This document shows positions 38,193-46,440 of a stretch of 64,000 nt of DNA, one piece after another. Source of the stretch: an uncultured Chloroflexia bacterium. Its GTDB lineage: Bacteria; Chloroflexota; Limnocylindria; QHBO01. The stretch spans positions 389,346-453,345 of the forward strand of contig CAWDTM010000002.1 in assembly GCA_963805305.1 (NCBI GenBank), in the 5' to 3' direction. The notes under the pieces are model-generated. The model saw nothing but the letters and a program-made list of their open reading frames with translations. It ran no database searches and was not told where the DNA came from. Both the position numbers and the translations under genes were made by a program. Position 1 is the first letter of the stretch, and the number at the start of each line of letters is the position of its first letter.

Positions 38193-39908
38193 GTGGCTGG
38201 TCCACCACTCGACACGCGACGTCGATGCGCGCCTATACTGCGGCCGCCACCCGAGGCGTCCGTGAGCCCGAACGGACTTACGCCAAGCCCCGCTGGAGAA
38301 TCAAGTCTATTGCGCCGAAACCGTGCCCCGGCGGCCCCCACCGCCATTCGGTCCACTCGGACCGCTAACCCTCTCACCCGTATCACCGCGCGGATCATCG
38401 CCGTCGCGTCGATCATGGCCCTCGTGATCGTGGCGGTTCAGCAGCGGCCCAGTGCCGCGGCTCCGACGCCTCCCTCGAGTCCCCCCACCTCGATCCTCCC
38501 CGCCAGCATCGGCGTGGCCATTGGCACCCATCGGACCCTCGCGATCGACTTCGGGCAGCCCATGGATGTCGGCAGCGTCGCCGCGAGCCTGCAGGTCAGA
38601 CCTGCAACCCGCGTCCGCCTCTCCTGGAGCACGGACGGTCGCCATGCGACGGTGGCACCCGCCACCCGCTGGCTGACCGATGAGCGCTACGTGGTGAACC
38701 TTCCCGAAACCACCCGCCTCGCGAACGGATCCGTGCTGGGCGCCACGCTTTCGTACACGTTCACCACCCAGACCGCCCCGATCATCAACGCCTTTACCGT
38801 CGATCGCGTCGGCCCGGACGTCGCGCCGGAGCGGCTGTCCTTCAAGGAGACGCTGCGCAGCGATCCGCCGAGCCTCCCGGCGGACACCGCTGACAACGCG
38901 AGCGCACGCACGTCGATTCACATCGGCTTCAGCGCGGCCATGAACCACGTCGAGGTCGAGCATTCGTTCCTGATGAGCCCCGCGGTCCGCGGATCGTTCA
39001 GCTGGGAGGGGACCGTCCTCACCTTCACGCCGTCCCAGCGCCTGGACGCGGACGCCCGCTACGCAATCAGCATCCTGGGAGCGCACGACCTGCAGGGGAA
39101 TCCCCTCGGCGGCGACACGTCCTACTCGTTTACGACGGCATTGCCGGCGAGCATCGTCAAGATCGCACCGGGGAGCGGTGCAACCGGCGTGAGCGGCGGG
39201 CCTATTCAGCTCTGGTTCTCCGCGCCGGTGGACACGGGCAGCGCCGAGGCGGCCTTCCGCCTCGTGGATGCCACTCGAGGCTCCACGGTGGCCGGTTCGA
39301 TGACGTGGAGCGACGATGGCACGCAGCTCACCTTCAAGCCCAAGACTGCGCTGGCGGCCGGACACCGGTTCCAGGTGCGCATCGGCGCCGGCGCGGTCGA
39401 CTACGACGGGAACCCGGTGACGGGCACGTTCACGTTCACCACCAAGTCGGCTCCTGCTCCGACTCGCCACAGCGTGAGCTATCCGCCGCCATCGGGCGGA
39501 GCCTCCGTGCAGGCGTACGCCCTGGCCCTCATCAATGCGTCGCGCAAGGCCTATGGCTTCGCGCCGCTGCGGATGGACGCGGCGTTGTCGGCCGTGGCCC
39601 AGGCGCACGCGGTGGACCAGGTCCGCTACAACTACTTCAGCCACGTGGGCCGCGACGGATCCACCTATCGTGACCGTATCACGCGGGCCGGTATCAGCTG
39701 GTCACATGCCGGCGAGAACCAGTGCCTGGACTACGGCAGCATCACCCACGCCATCGCGTGGTGCCACTCGATCATGATGGCGGAGCCGTACCCGGGGGTC
39801 TGGAACCATATCGCCAACATCCTCGATCCGAACTTCAACCGGGTGGGGTTCGGATACGCGCAGGCCAGCGACGGGAAGCTGATCATGACCTGGGACTTCG
39901 CCGGGTAG
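38193..39908 (+). CDS. Secreted multidomain protein: Ig-like (SbsA-type) repeats plus C-terminal CAP/SCP (PR-1-like) domain
   Basis: Internal hydrophobic signal-like segment IIAVASIMALVIVAV. Repeated beta-rich segments (…RYVVNLPETTRLANGSV…; …HRFQVRIGAGAVDYDGNP…). C-terminal CAP motifs YNYFSHVG…GENQC…HS. The real start is probably near 38350-38420. Confidence 0.65.
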   Translation: MAGPPLDTRRRCAPILRPPPEASVSPNGLTPSPAGESSLLRRNRAPAAPTAIRSTRTANPLTRITARIIAVASIMALVIVAVQQRPSAAAPTPPSSPPTSILPASIGVAIGTHRTLAIDFGQPMDVGSVAASLQVRPATRVRLSWSTDGRHATVAPATRWLTDERYVVNLPETTRLANGSVLGATLSYTFTTQTAPIINAFTVDRVGPDVAPERLSFKETLRSDPPSLPADTADNASARTSIHIGFSAAMNHVEVEHSFLMSPAVRGSFSWEGTVLTFTPSQRLDADARYAISILGAHDLQGNPLGGDTSYSFTTALPASIVKIAPGSGATGVSGGPIQLWFSAPVDTGSAEAAFRLVDATRGSTVAGSMTWSDDGTQLTFKPKTALAAGHRFQVRIGAGAVDYDGNPVTGTFTFTTKSAPAPTRHSVSYPPPSGGASVQAYALALINASRKAYGFAPLRMDAALSAVAQAHAVDQVRYNYFSHVGRDGSTYRDRITRAGISWSHAGENQCLDYGSITHAIAWCHSIMMAEPYPGVWNHIANILDPNFNRVGFGYAQASDGKLIMTWDFAG

Positions 39909-39916
39909 TGGCCGCG

Positions 39917-39933
39917 CACGGCCTTCGGCCGTG
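39917..39933 (+). terminator. Short GC hairpin after the CAP-domain gene (possible terminator)
   Basis: CACGGCC-TTC-GGCCGTG inverted repeat, 9 nt after the stop. No T-tract. Confidence 0.25.
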
Positions 39934-40006
39934 GTCCGCGGAGGGTGTCGCCGTGCCTCCGCCCGCCTCGGGGGCGGCCGGGGGCCGGTGCTACACTCCC
40001 TGACCG

Positions 40007-42307
40007 ATGCCGCGCAGAACCACCGCCGGCGGCGACTTCGGCAATCTGGTGATCGTCGAGTCGCCCGCCAAGGCGAAGACCATCGAACGCTACCTGGGGC
40101 CCGGATACCGGGTCCTTGCCAGCTATGGCCATGTCCGCGATCTGCCCGCCAAGGCCCTGGGCGTCGACGTGGAGCATGACTTTGCGCCCCGCTACGAGCC
40201 CCTGAAGGATCGTCGACGCGAGCTGGAAAAGCTCGCCGGCGAGGCGCGGCGCGCGACGCGGGTCTGGCTGGCAACCGACCTCGACCGCGAGGGCGAGTCG
40301 ATCGCGTGGCACATCGCCGACTACGCCGGGCTGCCGGCCGACCGCATCCTGCGGGTGACCTTCAGCGAGATCACGAAGAGCGCCATCGACGAGGCTTTTG
40401 CGCACCCGCGGAGCATCAACCTGGACCTGGTCAACGCCCAGCAGGCGCGGCGAGTGATCGACCGGCTGGTCGGCTACAAGCTGAGCCCCCTGGTGGCGAG
40501 CAAGATTCGCCGCGGCCTCTCGGCAGGGCGCGTCCAGTCGGTGGCGGTGCGCCTCGTCGTCGAGCGCGAGCGGGAGATCGGGCGCTTCGTCGCGGAAGAG
40601 TACTGGTCCATCGAGGCGCTCCTCCGTCGGGCCGCCGCGGGTGCCACCTTTCGGGCCGAGCTCACCAGGATCGACGGCGAGAAGGTCCGGATCGGCTCGG
40701 AGGCAGAAGCCCGCGCGCACGAGGCGGCGCTGCGCGGCGAGCAGTTCACGGTCGAATCGGTCGCGAAGACGGAGCGACGGCGGAGCGCGCAGCCACCGTT
40801 CACCACGAGTACCCTCCAGCAGGAGGCCTCGCGCAAGCTCGGGTTCGGTGCCAGTCGCACCATGCGCGCGGCCCAGTCGCTCTACGAGGGTGTCGCCCTG
40901 CCCGGCGGTCAGGTTGGCCTCATCACCTACATGCGCACGGACTCGGTCGCGATGGCGTCCTCGGCGGTCGTCGAGGCGCGCGGGGTGGTCGGGGAGCGCT
41001 ACGGGGACCCGTTCGTGCCGAAGCGGCCGAACACCTATCGGAACCGATCGCGTGGCGCACAGGAGGCGCACGAGGCGGTGCGCCCGTCGAGCTTCGCGCG
41101 GACGCCGGACTCGCTGCGTGATCACCTCAAGCCCGACGAATACCGGCTGTACGACCTGATATGGAAGCGAGCCCTCGCCAGCCAGATGGCCCCGGCGCGC
41201 TTCGACCAGGTGAGCGTGGACGTCCGTGGCGGCCGCTACACGCTGCATGCGGGCGCAGCCAAGCGGGTCTTCGATGGCTACCAGGCCGTGTACGTCGAGG
41301 GGCGCGACGACGAAGAGGACGAACGCCTGTCGGTTCTCCCCGACCTGGCCCAGGGCGAGACCGTGACCCTTGACGAGCTCACCTCCGAGCAGCATTTCAC
41401 GCAACCGCCGCCGAGATACACCGAGGCAACCCTGATCAAGGCCCTCGAGGAGCACGGCATCGGCCGGCCGTCGACGTACGCGCCCACCATGGAGACGATC
41501 CGCCAGCGGGGCTACGTGACGATCGAGGATCGGCGCCTGCGTCCCACCGAGTCCGCCGAGCGAGTGACCGACATGCTCGTCGAGCACTTCCCGGAGATCG
41601 TCGACCTCGACTTCACGGCAAAGATGGAGGAGCGGCTCGATGACGTGGCGCGCGGCGAGCAGACGTGGGTGCCCATGGTCCGCGACTTCTGGGTCCCGTT
41701 CAACGAGAAGCTCGTCGAGGGTCGCACGAAGATCGCCAAGCAGGTCGAGCTGACCGACATCGTGTGCCCGGTCTCCGGTCACATGATGATCAAGCGCTTC
41801 GGACGCAACGGCTGGTTCCTGGGCTGCAGCGGGTACCCGGAATGCAAGCACACGATGCCGCTTCCCGGCGAGGAGCCGGAGGAGACCGTCGAGCTGCCCG
41901 GCGTTGGCGAGGTCTGTCCGCAGTGCGGCGAGGGCCATCTGGCTGCTCGGCGCGGCCGGTTTGGTCCCTTCGTCGGTTGCGACCGATACCCGGACTGCCG
42001 CTACATCAAGAAGGATGCGGCGCCGGCGGCTGAGCAGTTCGGCACCTGTCCCAAGTGTGGCGAAGGAACGGTCGTCACCAAGCGGCGCCGAGGGAAGCGG
42101 CCGTTCTGGGGCTGCAACCGGTATCCGGACTGCGATTACGCGACCTGGACTCGCCCGCAGACGGCCACGGCGGGGTCCGATGGCGCCGGTGCGCCCGGTC
42201 CGCAGGCGGGCCCGGCATCAACGGAGGATGGCACCGCGACGAACGGGGCCCGTGGCCGGCGCCCGCGACGGCGGGGCACCGCGGTCGCCGACGGGCACGG
42301 TGGCTGA
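40007..42307 (+). CDS. topA: DNA topoisomerase I with C-terminal zinc-ribbon repeats
   Basis: TOPRIM start LVIVESPAKAKTIERYLG. Active-site Tyr region. Three C4 zinc ribbons (CPVSGH…C; CPQCGEGH; CPKCGEG). 766 aa. Confidence 0.97.
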   Translation: MPRRTTAGGDFGNLVIVESPAKAKTIERYLGPGYRVLASYGHVRDLPAKALGVDVEHDFAPRYEPLKDRRRELEKLAGEARRATRVWLATDLDREGESIAWHIADYAGLPADRILRVTFSEITKSAIDEAFAHPRSINLDLVNAQQARRVIDRLVGYKLSPLVASKIRRGLSAGRVQSVAVRLVVEREREIGRFVAEEYWSIEALLRRAAAGATFRAELTRIDGEKVRIGSEAEARAHEAALRGEQFTVESVAKTERRRSAQPPFTTSTLQQEASRKLGFGASRTMRAAQSLYEGVALPGGQVGLITYMRTDSVAMASSAVVEARGVVGERYGDPFVPKRPNTYRNRSRGAQEAHEAVRPSSFARTPDSLRDHLKPDEYRLYDLIWKRALASQMAPARFDQVSVDVRGGRYTLHAGAAKRVFDGYQAVYVEGRDDEEDERLSVLPDLAQGETVTLDELTSEQHFTQPPPRYTEATLIKALEEHGIGRPSTYAPTMETIRQRGYVTIEDRRLRPTESAERVTDMLVEHFPEIVDLDFTAKMEERLDDVARGEQTWVPMVRDFWVPFNEKLVEGRTKIAKQVELTDIVCPVSGHMMIKRFGRNGWFLGCSGYPECKHTMPLPGEEPEETVELPGVGEVCPQCGEGHLAARRGRFGPFVGCDRYPDCRYIKKDAAPAAEQFGTCPKCGEGTVVTKRRRGKRPFWGCNRYPDCDYATWTRPQTATAGSDGAGAPGPQAGPASTEDGTATNGARGRRPRRRGTAVADGHGG

Positions 42308-43286
42308 GCGGCCGCGCGGCGAGGCGGCTGCGGCGCTGGTGCGCTTCCTCGAGCACCTGGCAGGACGGAACGCCTCCCAGCGCACGATCGTCGAATATCG
42401 GCGAAACGCGGGCGAGTTTCTCGCGTTCCTGGAGGGCCGCGGGGTTGCCTGGCAGCGCCCGGATCGGCCAACCGTGCGCGCCTACCTCGCCGAGCTGGCT
42501 GATCGTGGCCTCGCCGCCAGCTCGGTGGGCTCGAAGCTTTCCGCGACGCGCTCGTTCTACCGGCACGCGACGCGCGAGCGCTGGCTTACCAGCGACCCGC
42601 TTGCCGGTGTTCGTACCCCGCGTCGGCCGCGGCGCCTTCCGAGGGTCCTCGGGGTCGACGAGGCGGCACGGCTGGTGATGGCGCCGCGGCGCATGGAGCG
42701 CTCCCGGCGTCGCCGCCCAGCCGCAGAGGTCGACCGGGCGCTCGTCACGCGCGACGCGGCCCTGCTCGAGCTGCTCTACGCCACGGGGATCCGGATCTCG
42801 GAAGCCGCGAGCCTGACCCTGGGGCGCGTGGACCTGGACCGACGACGCATGCGGGTCTTCGGCAAGGGCAACAAGGAGCGCGAGGCGGTCTTCGGTCGGC
42901 CCGCCGAGGGAGCCCTGCGCTCGTACCTGGCGCACGCGCGGGGAACGCTTGCCGCCCACGCCAAAGCGCCGTCGAATGACGCGGTCTTCCTCAACGCGAG
43001 CGGGGGTCCGCTGAGCGCCCGCGGCGCGCGGCTGGTGGTCGACCGCTGGGTCGAGGCATCAGGGGTTCCGCTTGGGACCTCGCCGCACACCCTCCGCCAC
43101 TCCTTCGCCACCCACCTCCTCGAAGGTGGCGCCGACCTGCGGACCGTCCAGGAGCTGCTGGGCCACGCGAACCTGGCCACGACCCAGATCTACACGCACC
43201 TCTCCGATTCGGCACTGCGCACCGCGTACCGGGCCGCGCATCCGCGCTCCACGCGACCCCCGTCGGGCCGCCCCGAGTCCACGTGA
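41904..43286 (+). CDS. xerC: Tyrosine recombinase XerC/XerD-type (chromosome dimer resolution)
   Basis: N-terminal core-binding domain (…ASQRTIVEYRRNAGEFLAFLE…). Catalytic residues R…HTLRHSFATHLLEGGADLRTVQELLGH…Y (QIYTHLS). The real start is probably about 42300, just after the topA stop. Confidence 0.85.
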   Translation: MARSVRSAARAIWLLGAAGLVPSSVATDTRTAATSRRMRRRRLSSSAPVPSVAKERSSPSGAEGSGRSGAATGIRTAITRPGLARRRPRRGPMAPVRPVRRRARHQRRMAPRRTGPVAGARDGGAPRSPTGTVAERPRGEAAAALVRFLEHLAGRNASQRTIVEYRRNAGEFLAFLEGRGVAWQRPDRPTVRAYLAELADRGLAASSVGSKLSATRSFYRHATRERWLTSDPLAGVRTPRRPRRLPRVLGVDEAARLVMAPRRMERSRRRRPAAEVDRALVTRDAALLELLYATGIRISEAASLTLGRVDLDRRRMRVFGKGNKEREAVFGRPAEGALRSYLAHARGTLAAHAKAPSNDAVFLNASGGPLSARGARLVVDRWVEASGVPLGTSPHTLRHSFATHLLEGGADLRTVQELLGHANLATTQIYTHLSDSALRTAYRAAHPRSTRPPSGRPEST

Positions 43287-44911
43287 GCACCGGGGCCCCC
43301 GGCGCCGCCGGTACGGGGCGGGAGCCATCGGCGGGTCGGGTCCTCGCCCAGGCGAGCCTGGTGCTCACCGTCGCGGCTCTCGCCAGCCGGGCGCTCGGCT
43401 GGCTGCGCCTGCTCGTGATCGGCTCGCAGTTCGGAGCGAGTCGGGAGCTGGACGCGTACTTCGCCGCATTTCGGATCCCGGACGCGATCTTCCAGCTCGT
43501 CGTGGCCGGGGCACTGTCCGCAGCCCTCATCCCGGTGTTCCAGGGCTACCGGGCTCGAGAGCAGGAGCAGGAGGCATGGCGGCTCGCGAGCAGTGTGATC
43601 AACCTGGTGGTCATCGCACTCGCCGCGGTCAGCCTCATCATGGCCATCCTTGCCCCGTGGATCGTCCCGGCAGTCACGCCCGGCTTCGATGCGCCAACCA
43701 CGGAGCTCACGATCCGGATGACGCGGGTCATGCTTCTCAGCCCGGTCTTCATCGGCATGGGCGCGGTCGTGTCCGGGATCCTCAACAGCTACGAACGCTT
43801 CGCCGTGCCGGCCATTGCGCCGCTCCTCTACAACCTGGCGATCATCGCGGCCGCCATCGCGCTGGCGCCGATCATGGGCGTCGAAGGGCTGGCCGTAGGC
43901 GTAGCGGTGGGTTCGCTGGCCCACCTGGTCATCCAGCTCCCGAACCTCGCGAAGGTGGGCCAGCGGTACGACCTCACGATCTCGCTGCGCCACCCCGGTG
44001 TTCGACGCGTCGCCTGGTTGATGGGCCCGCGTACCCTGGGGCTCGCCGCGGTGCAGGTCAACTTCATCGCCAGCACGGTCCTGGCCAGCACCCTCCCCGA
44101 GGGCAGCGTGACCGCCTACAACTACGCGTTTCAGCTGATGCAGGTGCCCGTCGGGGTGGTCGGAGTCTCGATCGCCATCGCCCTCTTCCCGCGCCTGAGC
44201 CGCGACGCCGCGCTGGGCAGGATCCGCGAAGTACGGGCCCAGCTGGCACAGGCCCTGCGCGTGCTCCTCTTCGTGGCGGCACCACTCACCGCGATCATGG
44301 TCGTCCTGCGCGACCCGCTGACCGCCGTCTTCTTCCAGTACGGCCTCTTCAGCGCACAGTCCACGCAGCGCACGGCGGAGGCCCTCATGTTCTTCACCCT
44401 CGGTCTCGGCGCGCAGGTGCTGGTCCCCGTCCTGGCGCGCTCGTTCTATGCGCTGCAGGACACCCGAACCCCGGTCCTCTGGGCGATCGTGGCGGTGGCC
44501 CTCAACGTGCCGCTCATGGCATGGCTCGTGGCCCCAATGGGGGTCGACGGGCTGGCGCTCGCGCTGTCGGTGACAGCCACCCTCGAGGTGATCGGCCTGG
44601 TCTGGGCGCTCCGCGGGCGGCTGGGCGGCATCGATGGAACAGCGATCGTCCGCTCGGTTGCGCGCTCCGCAGCGGCCGGGATTGCCGCCGCGCTGCTCAT
44701 GCTGGGCGCCCTCCAGCTCACCGAGCTATGGATCGGGGGGGTGCTGAGCAACGCCCTGGGGCGCCTGCTGGCCCTGCTCGTCCTGGCCGCGCTGGGCGGC
44801 GTGATCTTCCTCGTGGTGGCGGGCTCGCTGCGCTCGCCGGAGATCGGCGAGCTCCGCCGCCTGGTCCGTGGCCGGTTCGGACGGCGCTCCGGCGGTGAGG
44901 TGGCCCCGTGA
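43283..44911 (+). CDS. murJ: Lipid II flippase MurJ (MviN)
   Basis: 14-TM polytopic protein. N-terminal MurJ signature …LGWLRLLVIGSQFGASRELDAYFAAFRIPD…. Confidence 0.85.
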   Translation: MSTGAPGAAGTGREPSAGRVLAQASLVLTVAALASRALGWLRLLVIGSQFGASRELDAYFAAFRIPDAIFQLVVAGALSAALIPVFQGYRAREQEQEAWRLASSVINLVVIALAAVSLIMAILAPWIVPAVTPGFDAPTTELTIRMTRVMLLSPVFIGMGAVVSGILNSYERFAVPAIAPLLYNLAIIAAAIALAPIMGVEGLAVGVAVGSLAHLVIQLPNLAKVGQRYDLTISLRHPGVRRVAWLMGPRTLGLAAVQVNFIASTVLASTLPEGSVTAYNYAFQLMQVPVGVVGVSIAIALFPRLSRDAALGRIREVRAQLAQALRVLLFVAAPLTAIMVVLRDPLTAVFFQYGLFSAQSTQRTAEALMFFTLGLGAQVLVPVLARSFYALQDTRTPVLWAIVAVALNVPLMAWLVAPMGVDGLALALSVTATLEVIGLVWALRGRLGGIDGTAIVRSVARSAAAGIAAALLMLGALQLTELWIGGVLSNALGRLLALLVLAALGGVIFLVVAGSLRSPEIGELRRLVRGRFGRRSGGEVAP

Positions 44912-46440
44912 GCCCCTCGCAGCCCACGGGGGCGGTGGTCGGGCCGGCCGGCGGCAGCCTGGGCCTGGGCGCCCTTGCCGACCGGATTGCGCCGGAGCGG
45001 ATCGACGGGCTGCCCGTCGGCGAGATTGTTGGGCTCGCGTACGACTCGCGCCTGGTCGAGCCGGACTACCTCTTCTTCGCGGTCCCAGGCGGGCACACCG
45101 ACGGGCACCTGCACGTCGCGGACGCCGCCCGCCGCGGCGCCCGGGCGGCCGTGGTGGAACGACTCGTCGACGCGGTGGGCATCCCTCAGCTTCTGGTGGG
45201 CAACTCGCGGCATGCTCTCGCCGATGCGGCTGACCTGTGGTTCGGCGAGCCCAGCCGCCGGTTGGCCAGCGTGGGCGTGACGGGCACGAACGGGAAAACG
45301 ACCGTCACCTCTCTGTGCGCGCAGGTGCTGCGCGCGGCGGGCGGGCGACCCGGGTTGCTGGGCACGGTCAACGTCCAGGTTGGAGACGAGCTCAGCGACA
45401 ACCTCTCGCGCGCCACGACGCCCGAAGCGCTCGAGCTGCAGGAGCTCCTCGCGCGCATGGTGGCGGCGGGCAATGACAGTGTCGTGATCGAGACCTCGTC
45501 CCACGGCCTGGCACTGGGACGCGTGCGCAACTGTCGATACCGGGCGGGCGTGGTCACCAACCTGACCCATGAGCACCTGGAGTTCCACGGCTCGTTCGAG
45601 GCGTACCGCGACGCGAAAGCACTCCTCGTCCGCGAGGCGCCCCTGGCGGTGCTGAACCGCGACGACGCCAGCTGGACGGTGTTCAGAGACGCGGCGCGCG
45701 ACCGCGTGGTGACCTACGGCCGCGACCCACGCGCCGACGTGCGCGCCAAGAGCGTGGAGATGCGGGCCAACGGCAGCCGCGTCGCGGTTGAGGCACCCGG
45801 GTGGCGCGGGATGCTGAGCGTGCCATTTCCCGGCGCGTTCAACGTCGAGAATGGACTGGCGGCGCTCGCGTTTGCCATCGGCTGGGGTGTGGCGCCCGAG
45901 GTGGCTGCGGCCGCGATCGACCAGGCACACGGCGTCTCGGGGCGGATGCAGCGCGTGGATGCCGGGCAGCCGTTCTCGGTGATCGTTGACTATGCGCACT
46001 CGCCCGATGCGCTCGACAAGGTCCTGCGCATCCTGCGTCCCATCACGGCGGGGCGCCTCATCGTGGTCTTCGGATCGGCCGGTGAGCGGGACCTCCTCAA
46101 GCGACCGGCCATGGGTCGCATCGCGGCGGAGCTCGCCGACGCCGTGGTGGTGACCGACGAGGACCCGCGAGGCGAAGACCCGGACGAGGTGAACCGGCAG
46201 ATCGCCGAAGGCGCCCGCGGCGCCGGCGCGCGGGAGGGCGCCGACCTGTGGGTCATCAACGACCGGCGCGCGGCCATCGCGCATGCCATCGGCCTGGCGG
46301 TGGCGGGGGACACGATCCTGCTGGCCGGCAAGGGGCACGAGCACAACATGTTCATGGCTACCGGATCGGTGTGGTGGGACGAGGCCGAGGTGGCGCGCCA
46401 GGAGCTGGAGGCCGCCGGCTTTGGCGGGCACGCACGATGA
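44908..46440 (+). CDS. murE: UDP-N-acetylmuramoyl-tripeptide synthetase (MurE-type Mur ligase)
   Basis: ATP-binding GVTGTNGKTT. Mur-ligase motif DYAHSPDAL. 510 aa. Start overlaps the murJ stop. Confidence 0.85.
   Translation: MSPSQPTGAVVGPAGGSLGLGALADRIAPERIDGLPVGEIVGLAYDSRLVEPDYLFFAVPGGHTDGHLHVADAARRGARAAVVERLVDAVGIPQLLVGNSRHALADAADLWFGEPSRRLASVGVTGTNGKTTVTSLCAQVLRAAGGRPGLLGTVNVQVGDELSDNLSRATTPEALELQELLARMVAAGNDSVVIETSSHGLALGRVRNCRYRAGVVTNLTHEHLEFHGSFEAYRDAKALLVREAPLAVLNRDDASWTVFRDAARDRVVTYGRDPRADVRAKSVEMRANGSRVAVEAPGWRGMLSVPFPGAFNVENGLAALAFAIGWGVAPEVAAAAIDQAHGVSGRMQRVDAGQPFSVIVDYAHSPDALDKVLRILRPITAGRLIVVFGSAGERDLLKRPAMGRIAAELADAVVVTDEDPRGEDPDEVNRQIAEGARGAGAREGADLWVINDRRAAIAHAIGLAVAGDTILLAGKGHEHNMFMATGSVWWDEAEVARQELEAAGFGGHAR

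Noticed and set aside
41904-43286. Tyrosine recombinase considered as a mobile-element integrase
   Set aside because: It sits in the conserved comM-dprA-topA-xerC chromosomal context and has XerC/D-type core-binding and catalytic motifs, so it is the housekeeping dimer-resolution recombinase. It is also about 23 kb from the tRNA-flanked islet.
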